A stretch of 64,000 nt of DNA from Tubulanus polymorphus (taxonomy: Eukaryota > Animalia > Nemertea): positions 7,658,485 to 7,722,484 of the forward strand of contig NC_134027.1 of assembly GCF_964204645.1 (NCBI RefSeq), in the 5' to 3' direction. Below are positions 13,503-26,500 of this stretch, piece after piece; position 1 is the stretch's first letter, and every line of letters starts with the position of its first letter. Both the position numbers and the translations under genes were made by a program. The notes beneath the pieces are model-generated. The model ran no database searches and was not told where the DNA came from. It saw nothing but the letters and a program-made list of their open reading frames with translations.

Positions 13503-13848
13503 TACAGTGCGCTATATGTGTCATAAAAGATGAAAATATGAATTAAATTTTTCTACAAATCTTGAGAACTTATGTCTTTAGAAAACATAATAAAAACAAC
13601 ATTTTTAGTAATGTATTTTTCATAGTTTTTGAAATGACTGCCATTTGTCTCTTAGGTGCAGGTGAAGCAGATCTGGATGGAAACCAATGTCCTTTTTGAG
13701 AACGTTGGAAAATGCCAAAGAAAAGCCCAAAAATCGACTTTATAAAAGGATTTATTTACACTCGTATAGATATGAACAACTAACGACATACTAACAACAT
13801 TTGCGTGTCAAACGAATTTCAAATCAAATTGATATTTTCGAAAAGAAT

Positions 13849-16800
13849 TCATATGCTAATACTTTCGGGAATCTTGATTGGATTAAGCGGATCATGATCT
13901 ATGCTTTGATTTAGTACTAAGCCGAGTACACCAGCTCGGTTAGCCATTGCCATACGTATATTCCTCTCTTGTTCGAATAACTCGTCTAATTTGATCCACT
14001 GAAAATAGACAAACAATCGTGTAACAAAGTAACAAGAATGAGTGCTTCAGTTCACGCGCTCCTCGTTTCACTAAACCTAATTGACTCTCAGTGGAGTTGG
14101 CTATTTTTGGAGTTATAATTGGCCACTAATGACTACGAGGTCTCTCAATCCGAGAAGACTAAAGATTCAACCAATATATTATTGGGCTAGTAATACCGGT
14201 AATTAAGACTATCATTTTGAGCAGTAAATAATTTATTTACCTGTCTGACTCGTTCCATATCAATATCAGCTCTTCGCAATTTCTCCCAACAATAATGCCG
14301 ACCGCATTTTCTCTTCGGTGTCCGACAGAATTCACCAGTTTCCTCGAATACATTCATTACTAATGGACATCCGCACACCTCATCTTCACGTACCTGCGAA
14401 GAAAACAAGAGATGAATTTCATAAAAAATTTTAACTCCTCGAATTTTGAAGAAATCCCATAATTCTCGCACATTCACTACATAAGAACTTCAAAGAATGT
14501 TTTTTACCTTAGGTTCCTTGGAATGTTCAGGACATAACACTTTGAGACGTTTACAGTAGGTTTTCTGTTGTGCATTGTAATAATCACAAAACATCGAATT
14601 GCCTTCAATTCGTGTTTTGTAAATCGAGCCAAATGACGTTTGAGATTCATACTGCAAGAAAAAACAAGATTTCACATAATATAGATACCACTTCGGACGA
14701 GGCAGAGAACGACAAAAGAAATGAGATGTTGCAATATCCTCCTAAACCAATTCTCAAATTATTTCAATTACTTTCAATCTTAACATTATTGCCGTATTGG
14801 AATACCCTAAATATTAACTCACCTTAGCAAAACACTTTTCCATGTGTTTTAATGCCCCTTTTTGATTAATTTCATGACCGCAGGTGACGCAATAAATACT
14901 TAATTCAGCTTCATCTGGTTCATCGCCATTCTATAAACAAACCAATATAAAATCATCAGTAAGAGCTAAGTTATCAGGAATCTATTTCTTCTTGTGAAAC
15001 ATAATCTAGAACATTACATCGGGTTCTGGTGTAATAGTTGAATGTTTAGCACGTTCGATTAGAGCGTCTAAATTTTGGTGTTTCATATCTAATTCTCCTA
15101 TTTTCTGTCTGGCATCGAGTTGCAGTTTGCGAATTTTTTCGAGCTCCTTTTTATTATTTTCTTCTGCCAAACAAGCAGTACTGTTCCAGTTTTGAATTCG
15201 TGGAGGTAAGATTTCATAAATGCGACTGCAATGATCAGGAAATAAATATGAATGACAACCGGTTGATACACTTTTTGTTGACTGACTGGATTAAACATTA
15301 GAATCACCGACTTACTTTGTAGCTAATTTCATGCCACACTCATCTGAACAATATTTTGATCCTTTTCGCGCGACATTGATACAACCCGGCCCGTAACATT
15401 GTTTCTCTTCTTCTTCGTCTTCGAAAAATGATCGATCCAATTCTTCATAATCAATGTCTTTACGATTAGATAAATGACGTGCTTTCGGTCTTGACTGAAA
15501 ACATCAAAAATACAATACGCGAAAAGAATGCTTTTCTATAGAATTTAAGTACGGTAGATTTTCGATCGAAACAGAAATCATTCTATACTGACTACTTTGG
15601 TTTTTCTGGATCTGTGAGGTTTAGATGATCGTTTTCTTGGACTCTTTTTGGCGTTGTCCGATAGCGCAGTAGACGACCATTGTCCTCCGTACGATTCCAT
15701 CGATATATCAAGTAATACATCATCAGTGCTTTGTTCATCTACATCTATTATTCTGCAAGAACCATCAAAAGATATTCAGAATACATGTAGTAGTTGTAAA
15801 AGAATCAATTACACACACACGGTATCCAGTACCCCGTTCATGAAAATAATGGAGACACCGAAGTTGTTCTTGAGCATAAAAACCTACCCAGGAGGTTTGT
15901 AATCACTGACTGATTCAGAATCAGATGCAGAGGATAATCCCAATGATTTCTCCTTCTTAGATTTCGATGAAATTTTGTGTCCTGATAGAAGTAAGCCCTG
16001 CAAAGAAAAATATCGCCTGGTTAGCAAAAATGCCATACAGTTGACTAGATCAAAATACAATTTCAGCAGCAGTTACTCGATTACCGGTATAAGGAGTGTG
16101 AAAGGATAAGAAAACATACACGTGTTCATCCAACTACACACAAAATGATTTGATTTTTCACTTGGAAATGAAAAGGAAGAACTCATTTTACCCAAGCCCT
16201 ACATTTCTTGAACCGAAAAAGTGAAGAATAGTTTCAACAGCTGAACAGACAGGAAACCCTTCTAAACTGTCTATTGAACACCTCTTAGTTTACACACATT
16301 AGTAAGAAGTTATAGGTTTAATAACAGTCTCACAAACAAGTTATTGTCTTTATGTTAAATTTTTGTGCTACCAATTCCCAAACAAAATTGATGATAGAAC
16401 GAAGAACCAATAAACAATAACATCTAACTTGATAAGCCGGACGATCAATATCAAACTCGTGAGAGCAAAGAATTTACTGAGACACTTTGTTTTAGGTTCC
16501 TTTGTTCATTCATACATCAATTATAATCAAAATATGAAGTCTCATTATAATAAACTAGGGGTCCAGGGACACCATGCCCACTTGGGAAGTGGTTTCAAAT
16601 GCTCAACAATCTAACAATTTCAATATTCAACGCCCCCTGGTGACCATTTACAGAAACCAATGACCTTGAAACTCACCACAATCATAGAACATGTCAGAAG
16701 CTACGATTTTGTAATTGATTGTGATAACAAAATATGCCTCGTTACCAATTTAATATGGAAATACTAAGTCATTCTACTATTCAACGCCCCCTGGTGACCA

Positions 16801-19762
16801 TATTCAAAACCCAATGACCTCGAAACTCACCACAATCATAGAACATGTCATGAACTACAACTTTGCAATTGATCATGGTAACAAAATATGCCTAGGTACC
16901 AATATAATAAGGAAATACTAAGTTATTCTACTATTCAACGCCCCCTAGTGACCATATAGAAAAACTTATGTCCTTAAAACTCACAACAATCATAGATGAT
17001 GTCATGAGCTACAACTTTCCAATTGATTGTGGTTACAAAATATGCATAGGTACGAATATAATAAAGAAATGCTAAGATATTGTATTATTCAACGCCCCCT
17101 GGTGGCCATATACGAAATCCAATTAGGCCTACCTTGAAACTCACCACAATCATAGAACACGTTATGAGCTACAACTTTCTAATTGATTGTGGTAGCAAAA
17201 TACGCTTAGGTATCAATATTATGTTTTTCCCACTTACGAATGAGTACTGGTGACACCAAGATGGCCGCCAATTGCGTCATAATTGGCTGATGAAAAATAC
17301 CTGTCTCAGGTATAAAACATCCCTTTCCAAAGAATACCCATCACAAATTGTAATGAGAAATGGCAAACCAGTAGGAAGCTACAGGACTCAGAATTCGGGC
17401 CAAAATTAACATTTTTGGGCACTAAAATGGTCATAGGACGGCCATCTTGAGTCCGACCGACCCAATTTTTGTTATGTTGATGGGCCCGGGGGGGGGGGGG
17501 GGGATTCACATATATCCGAAAGATCAAGGTAATTGATCAAAGCGTCTTCAAAATTTCCCTCAAAAAGTTCAAAAACGTGTAAAAAGTGCTGATTTTGGCG
17601 AACAACAATGGCTGCCAGTCGGCCATCTTGATTCTGACAGGGCCAGTTTTTGGGCTGAAGATGTGTCTAGGGTAGATACATGTAACCCAAATATCAAGAC
17701 GTTACCTTGAAGCGTCTTCAAAACTTCCCAAAATAACTGGATTCCGTCTACAACGGACGGACGGACGACGGATGAAAAGTGAACGCAATAGCCCGCTGGG
17801 ACTAAAGTCCCAAGTGGGCTAAAAACGAGAGAAAAAAGGCAAAATTGGGTTAGAGAAATATTTAAAGCATAACTAACAATATTCTGAGTACTAGAAAATT
17901 TCAACTGTGGTCTGAATTGTTTGAAAAAACTTCTAACTCATCAAACCTGCAGATATTGATCAATTTTTTTTGTCAAACTCAACCTTTTTCTCATGTTTTT
18001 ATTGCAATGAGTGATATTTACTAGTGACATTGATTATTATAACGAAGGATATCTCATTAAGATGAGTTAGAAAAGCTTTGCTGGTGTGGAAAAATTAATT
18101 CATGAACACAAGACATCGTCGGTTTTTAGTTATAGTACCTCTGAATCTGTTGGTACTACAGTAGCTGCAAAACGGGTTCCCTAAAAATGCGAAATAATGA
18201 GAAGCTATGGAAAAAATATGTTTACCATGTATGCGAAAAAAATTGAAACCAACAAAAACCCATAGCTAGAATTAAAAATATTTTGCTCATACTTACGAAG
18301 TTGATACACTGTCTTAATCGGCATTTTTGTCGTATTCTATTCGGACCACCAAACTTTTTCATATCCTTGAAAAGATGCGTAAAATTACAAAACTAATATC
18401 AACTTTATGATCAGACCAGAAACTGAGATATCTTGGAGTTTATCGCCTTAACTATATTTCTATGATTTGTTGTTTGTATTATCATTCTGTTTGTTTTGAA
18501 ATACCTTACAGAAGTCACATCGTGCACAATCGACCTTTCTATGGCAGGCAATACATTCTCCACATCGCCTTGTTGACTTCTTACGATTGGCTGCAGACTG
18601 AATACAATTGAAATATCTATCACAACATCGATAACTAATATCCAAATAACTATACTAGTAACTATGAAGCATAGAACGCTACAATTTCTAGAAAATTCTG
18701 TGCAGCTGAAATCTTTATCTTAAGATATGATAACAGAATCTCAGCATAGTTCACAAAAATCATACAGATTTTTTTCTGAATTTCGAATTCGTTTGAGGAA
18801 AAATGCAAGAATAACTAACCCTAGTTTCCCTTTCCGGTTCAATGAATCTTTTAGCTTTCTTCATTTTGTACTTGATAACTAAGCTGTTGTCTCGATCTAT
18901 ATAAACCGAAATTTAATAAGCATCTATAAAACCTTGATATGTCATACATTTCAAATACGTCTCGCCCCGAAAATTGCGGGATAGAAATGAAGCAAAATAA
19001 CGTCGCTTACTTCGACAGCTCCCGCAGTAAAATATTTTGATATTTTTTGCCTGTTTTTGTGTGACATCGATGCAATCTCCGTGATACCATTCTTCGCAGT
19101 TATCACAACATCTGAAACAATAATTACTATGAGATTAGCAGGGTATGACCTGGCACCGCACTGAGTGGTACCACAGTGCTGAAGGAGACATACGTAAATC
19201 TCATCTAAGTAGTCAGTAACCCAAGAGCGGTTAAATTTCATATCATTTGTAAATCTCAAACCAAATTGGCCAGAAGTCCCATATTAAGTCTATCTGGTTA
19301 TCAAATTAGCACTTATGATGGTAACTTACTTATCCTCCCTTACCAGGGCTTGATTACGATACAAACCCGTGCCGCAGATCCTTCATTGGTCAAAGATTTC
19401 TTGGGTGGGACAGGTTACCGCTCAGCAGCCACTTGTCTTTATATCTAGCCAATCAGATCCGTGGTATAGACGGAGCGAATTTGCCAACAAGAAACAAGGC
19501 ATCTGATTGGCTAAACACATAGACAGGACTGGTGGCCGCTGAGTGGCATCCTGTCCGCCCAAGAAATCTTGAGCAACGTAATAGACCACTGAATGGTCTG
19601 CAGCCAGGGTTTGTGATGGCAGGTTGACAATCAAACCCTGGCAAACGAGGATGTTACTAGCAAGGAATGAAGCACAATTAAATACTAAACTTACATCATA
19701 AAACGATTGGCATCTGTTGATCTACAAATACAATACTGAATCTTTTCACTACCAGAATCCAT
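13849..19762 (-). CDS. CXXC1: CXXC finger protein 1 (Cfp1, SET1/COMPASS subunit)
   Basis: [15 protein letters not shown] + [14 protein letters not shown] (PHD). [22 protein letters not shown] + [20 protein letters not shown] (CXXC). QCYGPGC...SKYCSDECG; [17 protein letters not shown]; CDYYN...[12 protein letters not shown]; [10 protein letters not shown]; C-terminal ...[16 protein letters not shown]. Confidence 0.95.
16555..17820 (-). mobile_element. Non-autonomous Helentron-associated element (HINE/DINE-1/pearl-like), full length, in a CXXC1 intron
   Basis: Subterminal inverted repeats gcccacttggga / tcccaagtgggc, terminal hairpin cccgctgggactaaagtcccaagtggg, an (ACGG)n microsatellite, four 154-bp tandem core repeats and A/T-run flanks. 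A near-identical copy lies at 31166-32445. Confidence 0.85.
19321..19657 (-). repeat. Long imperfect inverted repeat (~130-bp stem) in CXXC1 coding intron 1
   Basis: 19332-19458 is the reverse complement of ~19501-19652 (blocks ccaggg-ttgatt, acaaaccc, aagatttcttggg, ctcagc-gccac, tagccaatcagat). Confidence 0.85.
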
Positions 19763-20448
19763 GATGATTGGAAGAGGCCTCGCTCTTGAATTAGTATGCC
19801 TAAAAGAAGAACTCCACATTAAACATATGATGTATGGCTAAGGGCTATCTAAGCAATAAATTAAGGCCAAATCAGGTTATTGGAGTTAGACTGTAGTATA
19901 TACGAAATCTGTTTCGTGCAGTAATTAGTATGATGGAGTTTAGAGAACCTTATTTCTCATAAATATCGCATCTTGTGGAGATTGAATAAGAATTCATTCG
20001 GACGTAAGAAATTAGAACTTAATAATGAAGACCTAAAAATTACGCATAAATACCTGAATACTCAGTGTGAAAGCAGTTTTAAGCCACAAATAACAAATAA
20101 AGAGCTAATATTTGAGTTTCAAGGTCGTGTGGAGGTTGTCATTCCGTTGAATTGAATTGAATTAATTCATGCCAGATTTCTGTCAAAATTATTTTAATTA
20201 ATCTGTTTATCGTAGTAAGTGTGTTATTACTGGCCCATCTTTTATAATTATGTTATCTAATTGATGTTTATACACCAACCAAGTTCAACAGAAACTAATC
20301 AAGAAACTGTGATTTATAGTTTCACGATTGAGTGGATATTTTCACGCCAGACAGACAGCTTTGGAACCACACCACCAACACTGAACACCGACAACCTGAC
20401 AACGATTGTAACTTTAATTAACTTAGTAAATAGCTTCCAAATAGAAAC

Positions 20449-21968
20449 ATGACCATGCAGATAGCTGCGAAGTTTCAACGTCCTTGGAGGACTGCTGCCA
20501 CATTGATGATTGCATCTATCGCAAAGAGAGGCGGTCTAAAAAATAATGGTACCTCCAACAGCGCATCAAGTGGGATCATGAAACCGAATCGTCATCATGA
20601 TTTTGAGATCATGATGCTCAAGCGCAGTGGACAAAGCAAAAGTTTTGCGAATCAGTATGTTTTTCCAGGCGGTGTTATCGATGCTGCCGACTTCTCAGAA
20701 GAGTGGATACCGATTTTCGAGAAAAGTGGTTTGGATATGCTCGATTCGAACAGCCATCGTTTGAAAACAATCGTCAATGAAAACCGCATCGAACTGTACA
20801 CGGACTTCGATGAAGCCGTGCTGAGTGAAATCGCCTACAGGATATGTGCAATTCGTGAAACTTTTGAAGAAAGTGGAATTTTATTCGCGAAAAGCTTGAA
20901 AACTCAACCGCAATCTCAGGATCTTACCAATTCAGCACCGAAAAACCGGTTTGTTCGTGTCTACAAACCTGAAAGCCCCAATTTACTTGAACAATGGAGA
21001 AATAAAGTCCATGATAACGGAGCTGAGTTTATTAACATGTGCAAACAACTGGAGGTCATTCCCGATATATTTGGATTGATAGAATGGTCGAATTGGTTGA
21101 CACCAATAACCGTAAAACGTAGATTCGATACAGTATTCTACTTATGTTTTACGGATACAGAACTCGATGCTGTTCAAGATCAGAAGGAAATGACCATGCT
21201 TGAGGTAATTATAACCAACAACTAGGTGAATCACATATCTTCTCTCTTGTTACCAGTAAAGCAGCTGCTTGAATAATCAGTGTTTATTTTTCAGTGGTAT
21301 GATCCTGAACAAGCGCTTCGAAACTTCAAAAAAGGCCAGGTTAATTTAGCTCCGCCACAAGTATACGAGTTGTCGAGATTATGGCAGTTTCCCTCCATGG
21401 AATCGATGCTGGAATTTAGCGTTAAACGAAGTTCAAACGGCTGCCAGCGAATATATCCAGTTCCTATCCAGTTAGATAATGCATATATGCATGTTTTTCC
21501 GGGTACGTTTTCATATAAAACCACTTGCTTCGGATTTATATTTACTGTTATTTTCTGCGCTGTGAAATTGTAACATGTATAGAAACTCTATGACGATAGA
21601 TTGACCATCCCACACTATAACGCGAGAAATATTTTAAAGTCGGACAAGTTCCCTTTAAACTAATGATTTATTGATTCGAGCATTCGTGAAGATTAGTATT
21701 AGTATGGTGGGGTCATTCATTTACATGTCCATATTTTTCAGGGGATGAGTTATATCCAAAGTATCCGAACTTTAATCAACCGGAAAAACCAGTGGAAGTG
21801 GTAAGTGGTACTTTAGAGGAAAGAAATAAAATGGATAAACGAAAGCATAGATACACGTTTGCATCCAAATCTAAGTGGCCAGCCCATGGACAATTGTTCG
21901 TGAATGTCGACTTTCCAGATGGTCAAATTGCTGGAAAGGATTTAAACGATCCAACCTCTAAATTGTAA
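20449..21968 (+). CDS. NUDT19: Acyl-CoA diphosphatase NUDT19 (peroxisomal Nudix hydrolase)
   Basis: WRTAATL, MLKRS...VFPGGVIDAAD, ICAIRETFEESGIL, EWSNWLTP...RRFDTVFY, LAPPQVYELSRL, PGDELYP. Exons 20449-21204, 21295-21502, 21742-21968. The protein ends ...PTSKL*, a canonical PTS1 signal. Confidence 0.93.
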
Positions 21969-23552
21969 TGATAAGCTTTATGTAGAGATTTTTGTTATTT
22001 AAGAAAAGAAATAATATTGATAATAAAAACTATTTGTTATGTTTGTTGCGTTTAATCTCCGCTGTGACCAATGGTCAGTGAAGCTGATAGGTTAAAATAT
22101 TCTCTCTCCGTCCATCCACTTTAAATAGAATGAAGATGAATCTTGCTACTAATGATGTGTGAACCAAGGTCTATAACTATATTGAGCCATTTTTTGGATT
22201 TGGACCATATTTCTGTGAAATGCTACTAGCCCTAGTCTTTATTGGATCCTCTATTTTCTGAGGATGTAATTTGGGTAATGGGCGATATCAACCAACAGGC
22301 TGCTTGTACATACCAATATTGCCGAAGCCAAGGCTAGGAGGATTCTAGAGTTCAGAGTCGGCCAAATATACGAATTTTCCATATCGGCCCATTTCAGATG
22401 ATTTCAAAAAACCATAGCTAAGATCGCCATATTCCTACAGAAACTTGTAAAGCAATTCAAGAAACATGATTTTATGGTATAATCAATAATTATTTATTTT
22501 ATGTAAAATCATTGGTTTGTCACGATGCCTGCAGTAGTATGCTAGCGATATATCATTTTATACATTATCAACAGAGCGAATGTCGAGAAATCTTTCATTC
22601 ATTTCTATCCTATATTGCACATTAAAACTCAAAAATATACAGACCGTATATGATAATACACAATTAATTGCAATAGGTGACATCAACCTTTAAACCTTGT
22701 ACACCTAGATGATGCCCCACTATGAGTGAAAGAAACATTCTATCTATACATAGCCATCACTCTTAATTTCTTTTAATTATATTTAATTTCTAACAGTATA
22801 CTGTTCTTTCATTAGAAACGTTTACAATTTCTTTAGTTTTTTCAAAGAATGAAACACAAATAGAATTTTTCTGCTATTAAATCAACGTACGCACTACTAA
22901 TATTGCAACGTCTTTTGAAAGATAACGTCTTTTGACAGATAATCTATAAAATCGCCATAGTATCCATATATAATACTTGGGCTCATTTTGTATGGGTACT
23001 AAATCTACTCAACGTGGGAAGAGAGCAAAATTTACCAGTTATTTCAATGTTTTTCTCATTTTATTCTTACCATGGTAGTTATTACCATCATTATGATAGC
23101 TTTATACATCTACCGCATTCATGACTCAACTGACATACACCAGGAATTCGTTAATATACAGCATTTCCTATCTACATTGTACCAGTAGTTCAGGTTATTC
23201 TTTTAACGAGGCAAGAAGTCGTGTCAGATTACAGCCAAAATAAGTTCATTTCCTATAAAATATCTACAGCCTCCTGTTAGGACATTAATACAGTAAATCC
23301 AAGCCTTGACTGCAACTGGCCTCCACAGCAGAACAGAACTTACGTCAGATTTAACTTACATATAGTCTCAGTTCACTTTAAAAGTGGCCCTAGGGCTAGG
23401 AACTGACATTCACATTATATTGATGACATAATCGGTGAAGTCTTGTTGACTGAGCTCGGTATTCAGTCATCAGTTGTGTTATAAACAATAAGAATCCAAG
23501 ATACGCGAATTTAAGTTTAATCCAAGACGAAAGCAAAACCGTTTACCGCAAT

Positions 23553-26500
23553 CTAATCTGATGTATCGCGATTGATGACCACTAACGTTGGTGCTGCAGT
23601 TTTCTGCGTTACAAAGTCCATATTCAACTCGCTAACAGAAACTTTTACTTGCAATTGACTCAAGTTATAAACACCCGGTTGACTGAATCCAGCGAATAGG
23701 TCCAATTTCTCAGTGCCTTGACTGCCAAGAGTTAAATGATTGCCGGTTTGACACAGCCACACGAATTGATTACAGCCTCGTGGATGATAAAATCCGTCCA
23801 TCGTGTTCTCGTTACGACTGAAACATATGAATAAAATAACACCTTTAAAAACATGTTCTATGTTCATAGGCTTACTTATCAAAATTAGAAATTGTACCTA
23901 TCATTATTTTCGCTATTGCTGGTGTCAAGTTCCACAGTTACCAGATGATGTGAACAATTATGTAATAATATCCTCACCGGAATTATACAAAGCCTGAAAA
24001 AATATACTTCAATTATTCATCTTGGTCTGCAGTTTTAATACACATCTTTGGCTCTTGTTGTTACCTATTTTTCCTGAAGTCGTGCGATAATCTTTGTACA
24101 CAATTGATATCATATTTGACTAGTTGAGTGACTACTGTAGAATCTGGTATAGGGTTTGGTGGCGGTTCTGGTTGTTTGATGATCTTCACTGGTGCTTGTT
24201 CTACAGCCGGCTAAACAAATTAAGAATATACAGAGAGTTAAAAATGTTACGATCTCACTTCAAAGCATATCAAACTACATATAAATGAGACTGGCGAAAA
24301 CTCTGTGGAAACCACTTGAAGCATTTTCTGTGCCCGTAGAGACGGTGGTATCGCGGAAATTCAGTTCTCTACAATGTTGGTGCATGAATCAAGGCTTTTG
24401 AAGGGTTACCTGTAAAGTAGGCTGTGAAATGCGCACAGTGTCGAGTGTATCTAACGTCACTTGATGTTGTCCTCTTAACGTGATAGATTCCCCTGTATCT
24501 GATATTACAAATGCCTGAAAACCGACAATAGAATATGATTCTGGAGACATAAACCCGTCAAATCAATTTCTACCTGTCAATGCAGAATTCTAGTTAAGTA
24601 GATCTGAATAACAGAACATCATACATACCTTCCACAATGCAATTAACGTCATATTTGTCGATACAGCATTTCGGAGTTGTTGTTGAGGTGTTGTTTCGTC
24701 CAAAGATGGCATTAGTCCATCTGGTGAATGGATGACCGAGTTCGATAGAGATACCATATCACAAGGTGGCAGAGTTGGATTGAACATAGATCGGAAGTAG
24801 AAGTCAGCACATGGGACACCAGCACTGTGAATCTTTGAAAAATAAATGCAAATGCCACAAAAAATGTTTCCTCAGTTGTTGTTTAGATTTGCTTCTTGAA
24901 AATGAAGATAGATATGCCAACTTTAGTTTAAAGTTCAAATCTTAAAAGAGTCAAATGCGGAACTACGTGAAAACTGTAAGGGATTGTATACATACCTGAT
25001 GCTGGTCAAATGTAACATTTGTAAATACAACATCTTTGTAATTTTCGCAGTTGTTCTCGGATTGATGGGCTTTGAAAGACATCATCATACTTTCCCTAGG
25101 ATTTACTTTAATATCTACAAATAGCATTCAGTGTTTACCAGTAATCGGAAGAAAGCCATGTACCCTTCACAACATAAGTACATTAAACTATATTTACCAC
25201 TGTTTTGTTTAGTGCTTAAATGATGAAGCGCCCACATTTGGCTTGCACAAGATAACTGCAGAATACTGAATTCGATTATTGTGGAATCTTGAATCTGGAA
25301 AACAACACAAATTAGTCAGATTAGTCAATGCCCAGAAAGGTATGTTAGTTCTCCTTCAAAATAAGCATAAAGACCAAATTGCAGGAAAATGATCTTTCTT
25401 CCATTTTCACTCCAATACGCCAGAAGCCATGAAATTTTCTCATTGCATCTTTTTTCAAAAAATTTTGGGGGAGCACTCCCGGGACGCCTATAGTTACATG
25501 CCTTAGGCAAGTGCAAAATTTCACTTTCACGAAAAATCAGACCCCTCTTAAGACGTGGCTGGCTGTACGGGTCCGAATACCTTTATTCTAATTTACCTGA
25601 TTCAGATTTTCTATTTCGGCTTTAACAATGAGTGTGTTAAGATTTTTACTGTCCGTATCAGACTCGGCGGAGCAAGCTCGTTGTGCTACGGCTGTCAGTT
25701 GTAACGAGGCACACGTCTCAATGGTCGCTGTATGACGTAATATACGATAACTATCAAACAAAAAGAAAATAATGGAATAAATCAATTTTGCAATACTGTG
25801 TGTTGAAACAAGCCATTGATGACAACAGTTCTCAGACTCAAGCTCGAACTCCGAAATCACCATGCATTAGTTCAAATTGCATTTTGGATTTGCCGCATCA
25901 AGGACCAATAGCTAAATTTTCTCAAGACAACTTTTTGAATTTTGACTCCGTTCCTCACTTACGAGGTCATCTTCAAGGTCATGTCACTGAAAAACAGTGG
26001 TTAGTGCCTAGTTCCGCAGCTAGGCGCATTCTTTCCACTGCATAACTAGATCCCCATACTAAGATTATACCCAAGTTTCATCTATATCAACCCACTATTT
26101 ACAAAGCTGAAAGACAGACAGATGAACAGTAAGAGAATAAGGGTCTAACAGAATCAACAGTTTTGTGATTACCTGTATAAAGGATTTTCTTCTACGGATT
26201 CATAATAAAACAGGAAATCAATCTTATGTATTGCACTAGTAACAGGTCCGTGTATCCACATTGGGAGTAGAGTTTTCGCACCAGGCTTTAGCACATTGTT
26301 TGGTAACAGAATTTCGATTACATGCGACACAACCTTCTTTTGTACGACGAATTCTTCAGCGCTATTGGAATTGTTGATGCTGTGCGGTATTGTATCATAA
26401 ACAGATACCTCGTCCAATACCATATCCGGCGTGCCGAATGAGAAAAAGTCCGGAGCAGACGAAGCCACTTTTAATTTATGCAAGGATATTTGTCCACGGT

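Noticed and set aside
16620-17240. Regularly spaced repeats resembling a CRISPR array
   Set aside because: Whole 154-bp units are homologous, with no unique spacers. The context is a eukaryotic intron with no cas genes.
18813-18825. ctaaccct telomere-template-like motif near the structured CXXC1 intron
   Set aside because: It coincides with a CXXC1 splice donor on the opposite strand and lacks telomerase RNA context.
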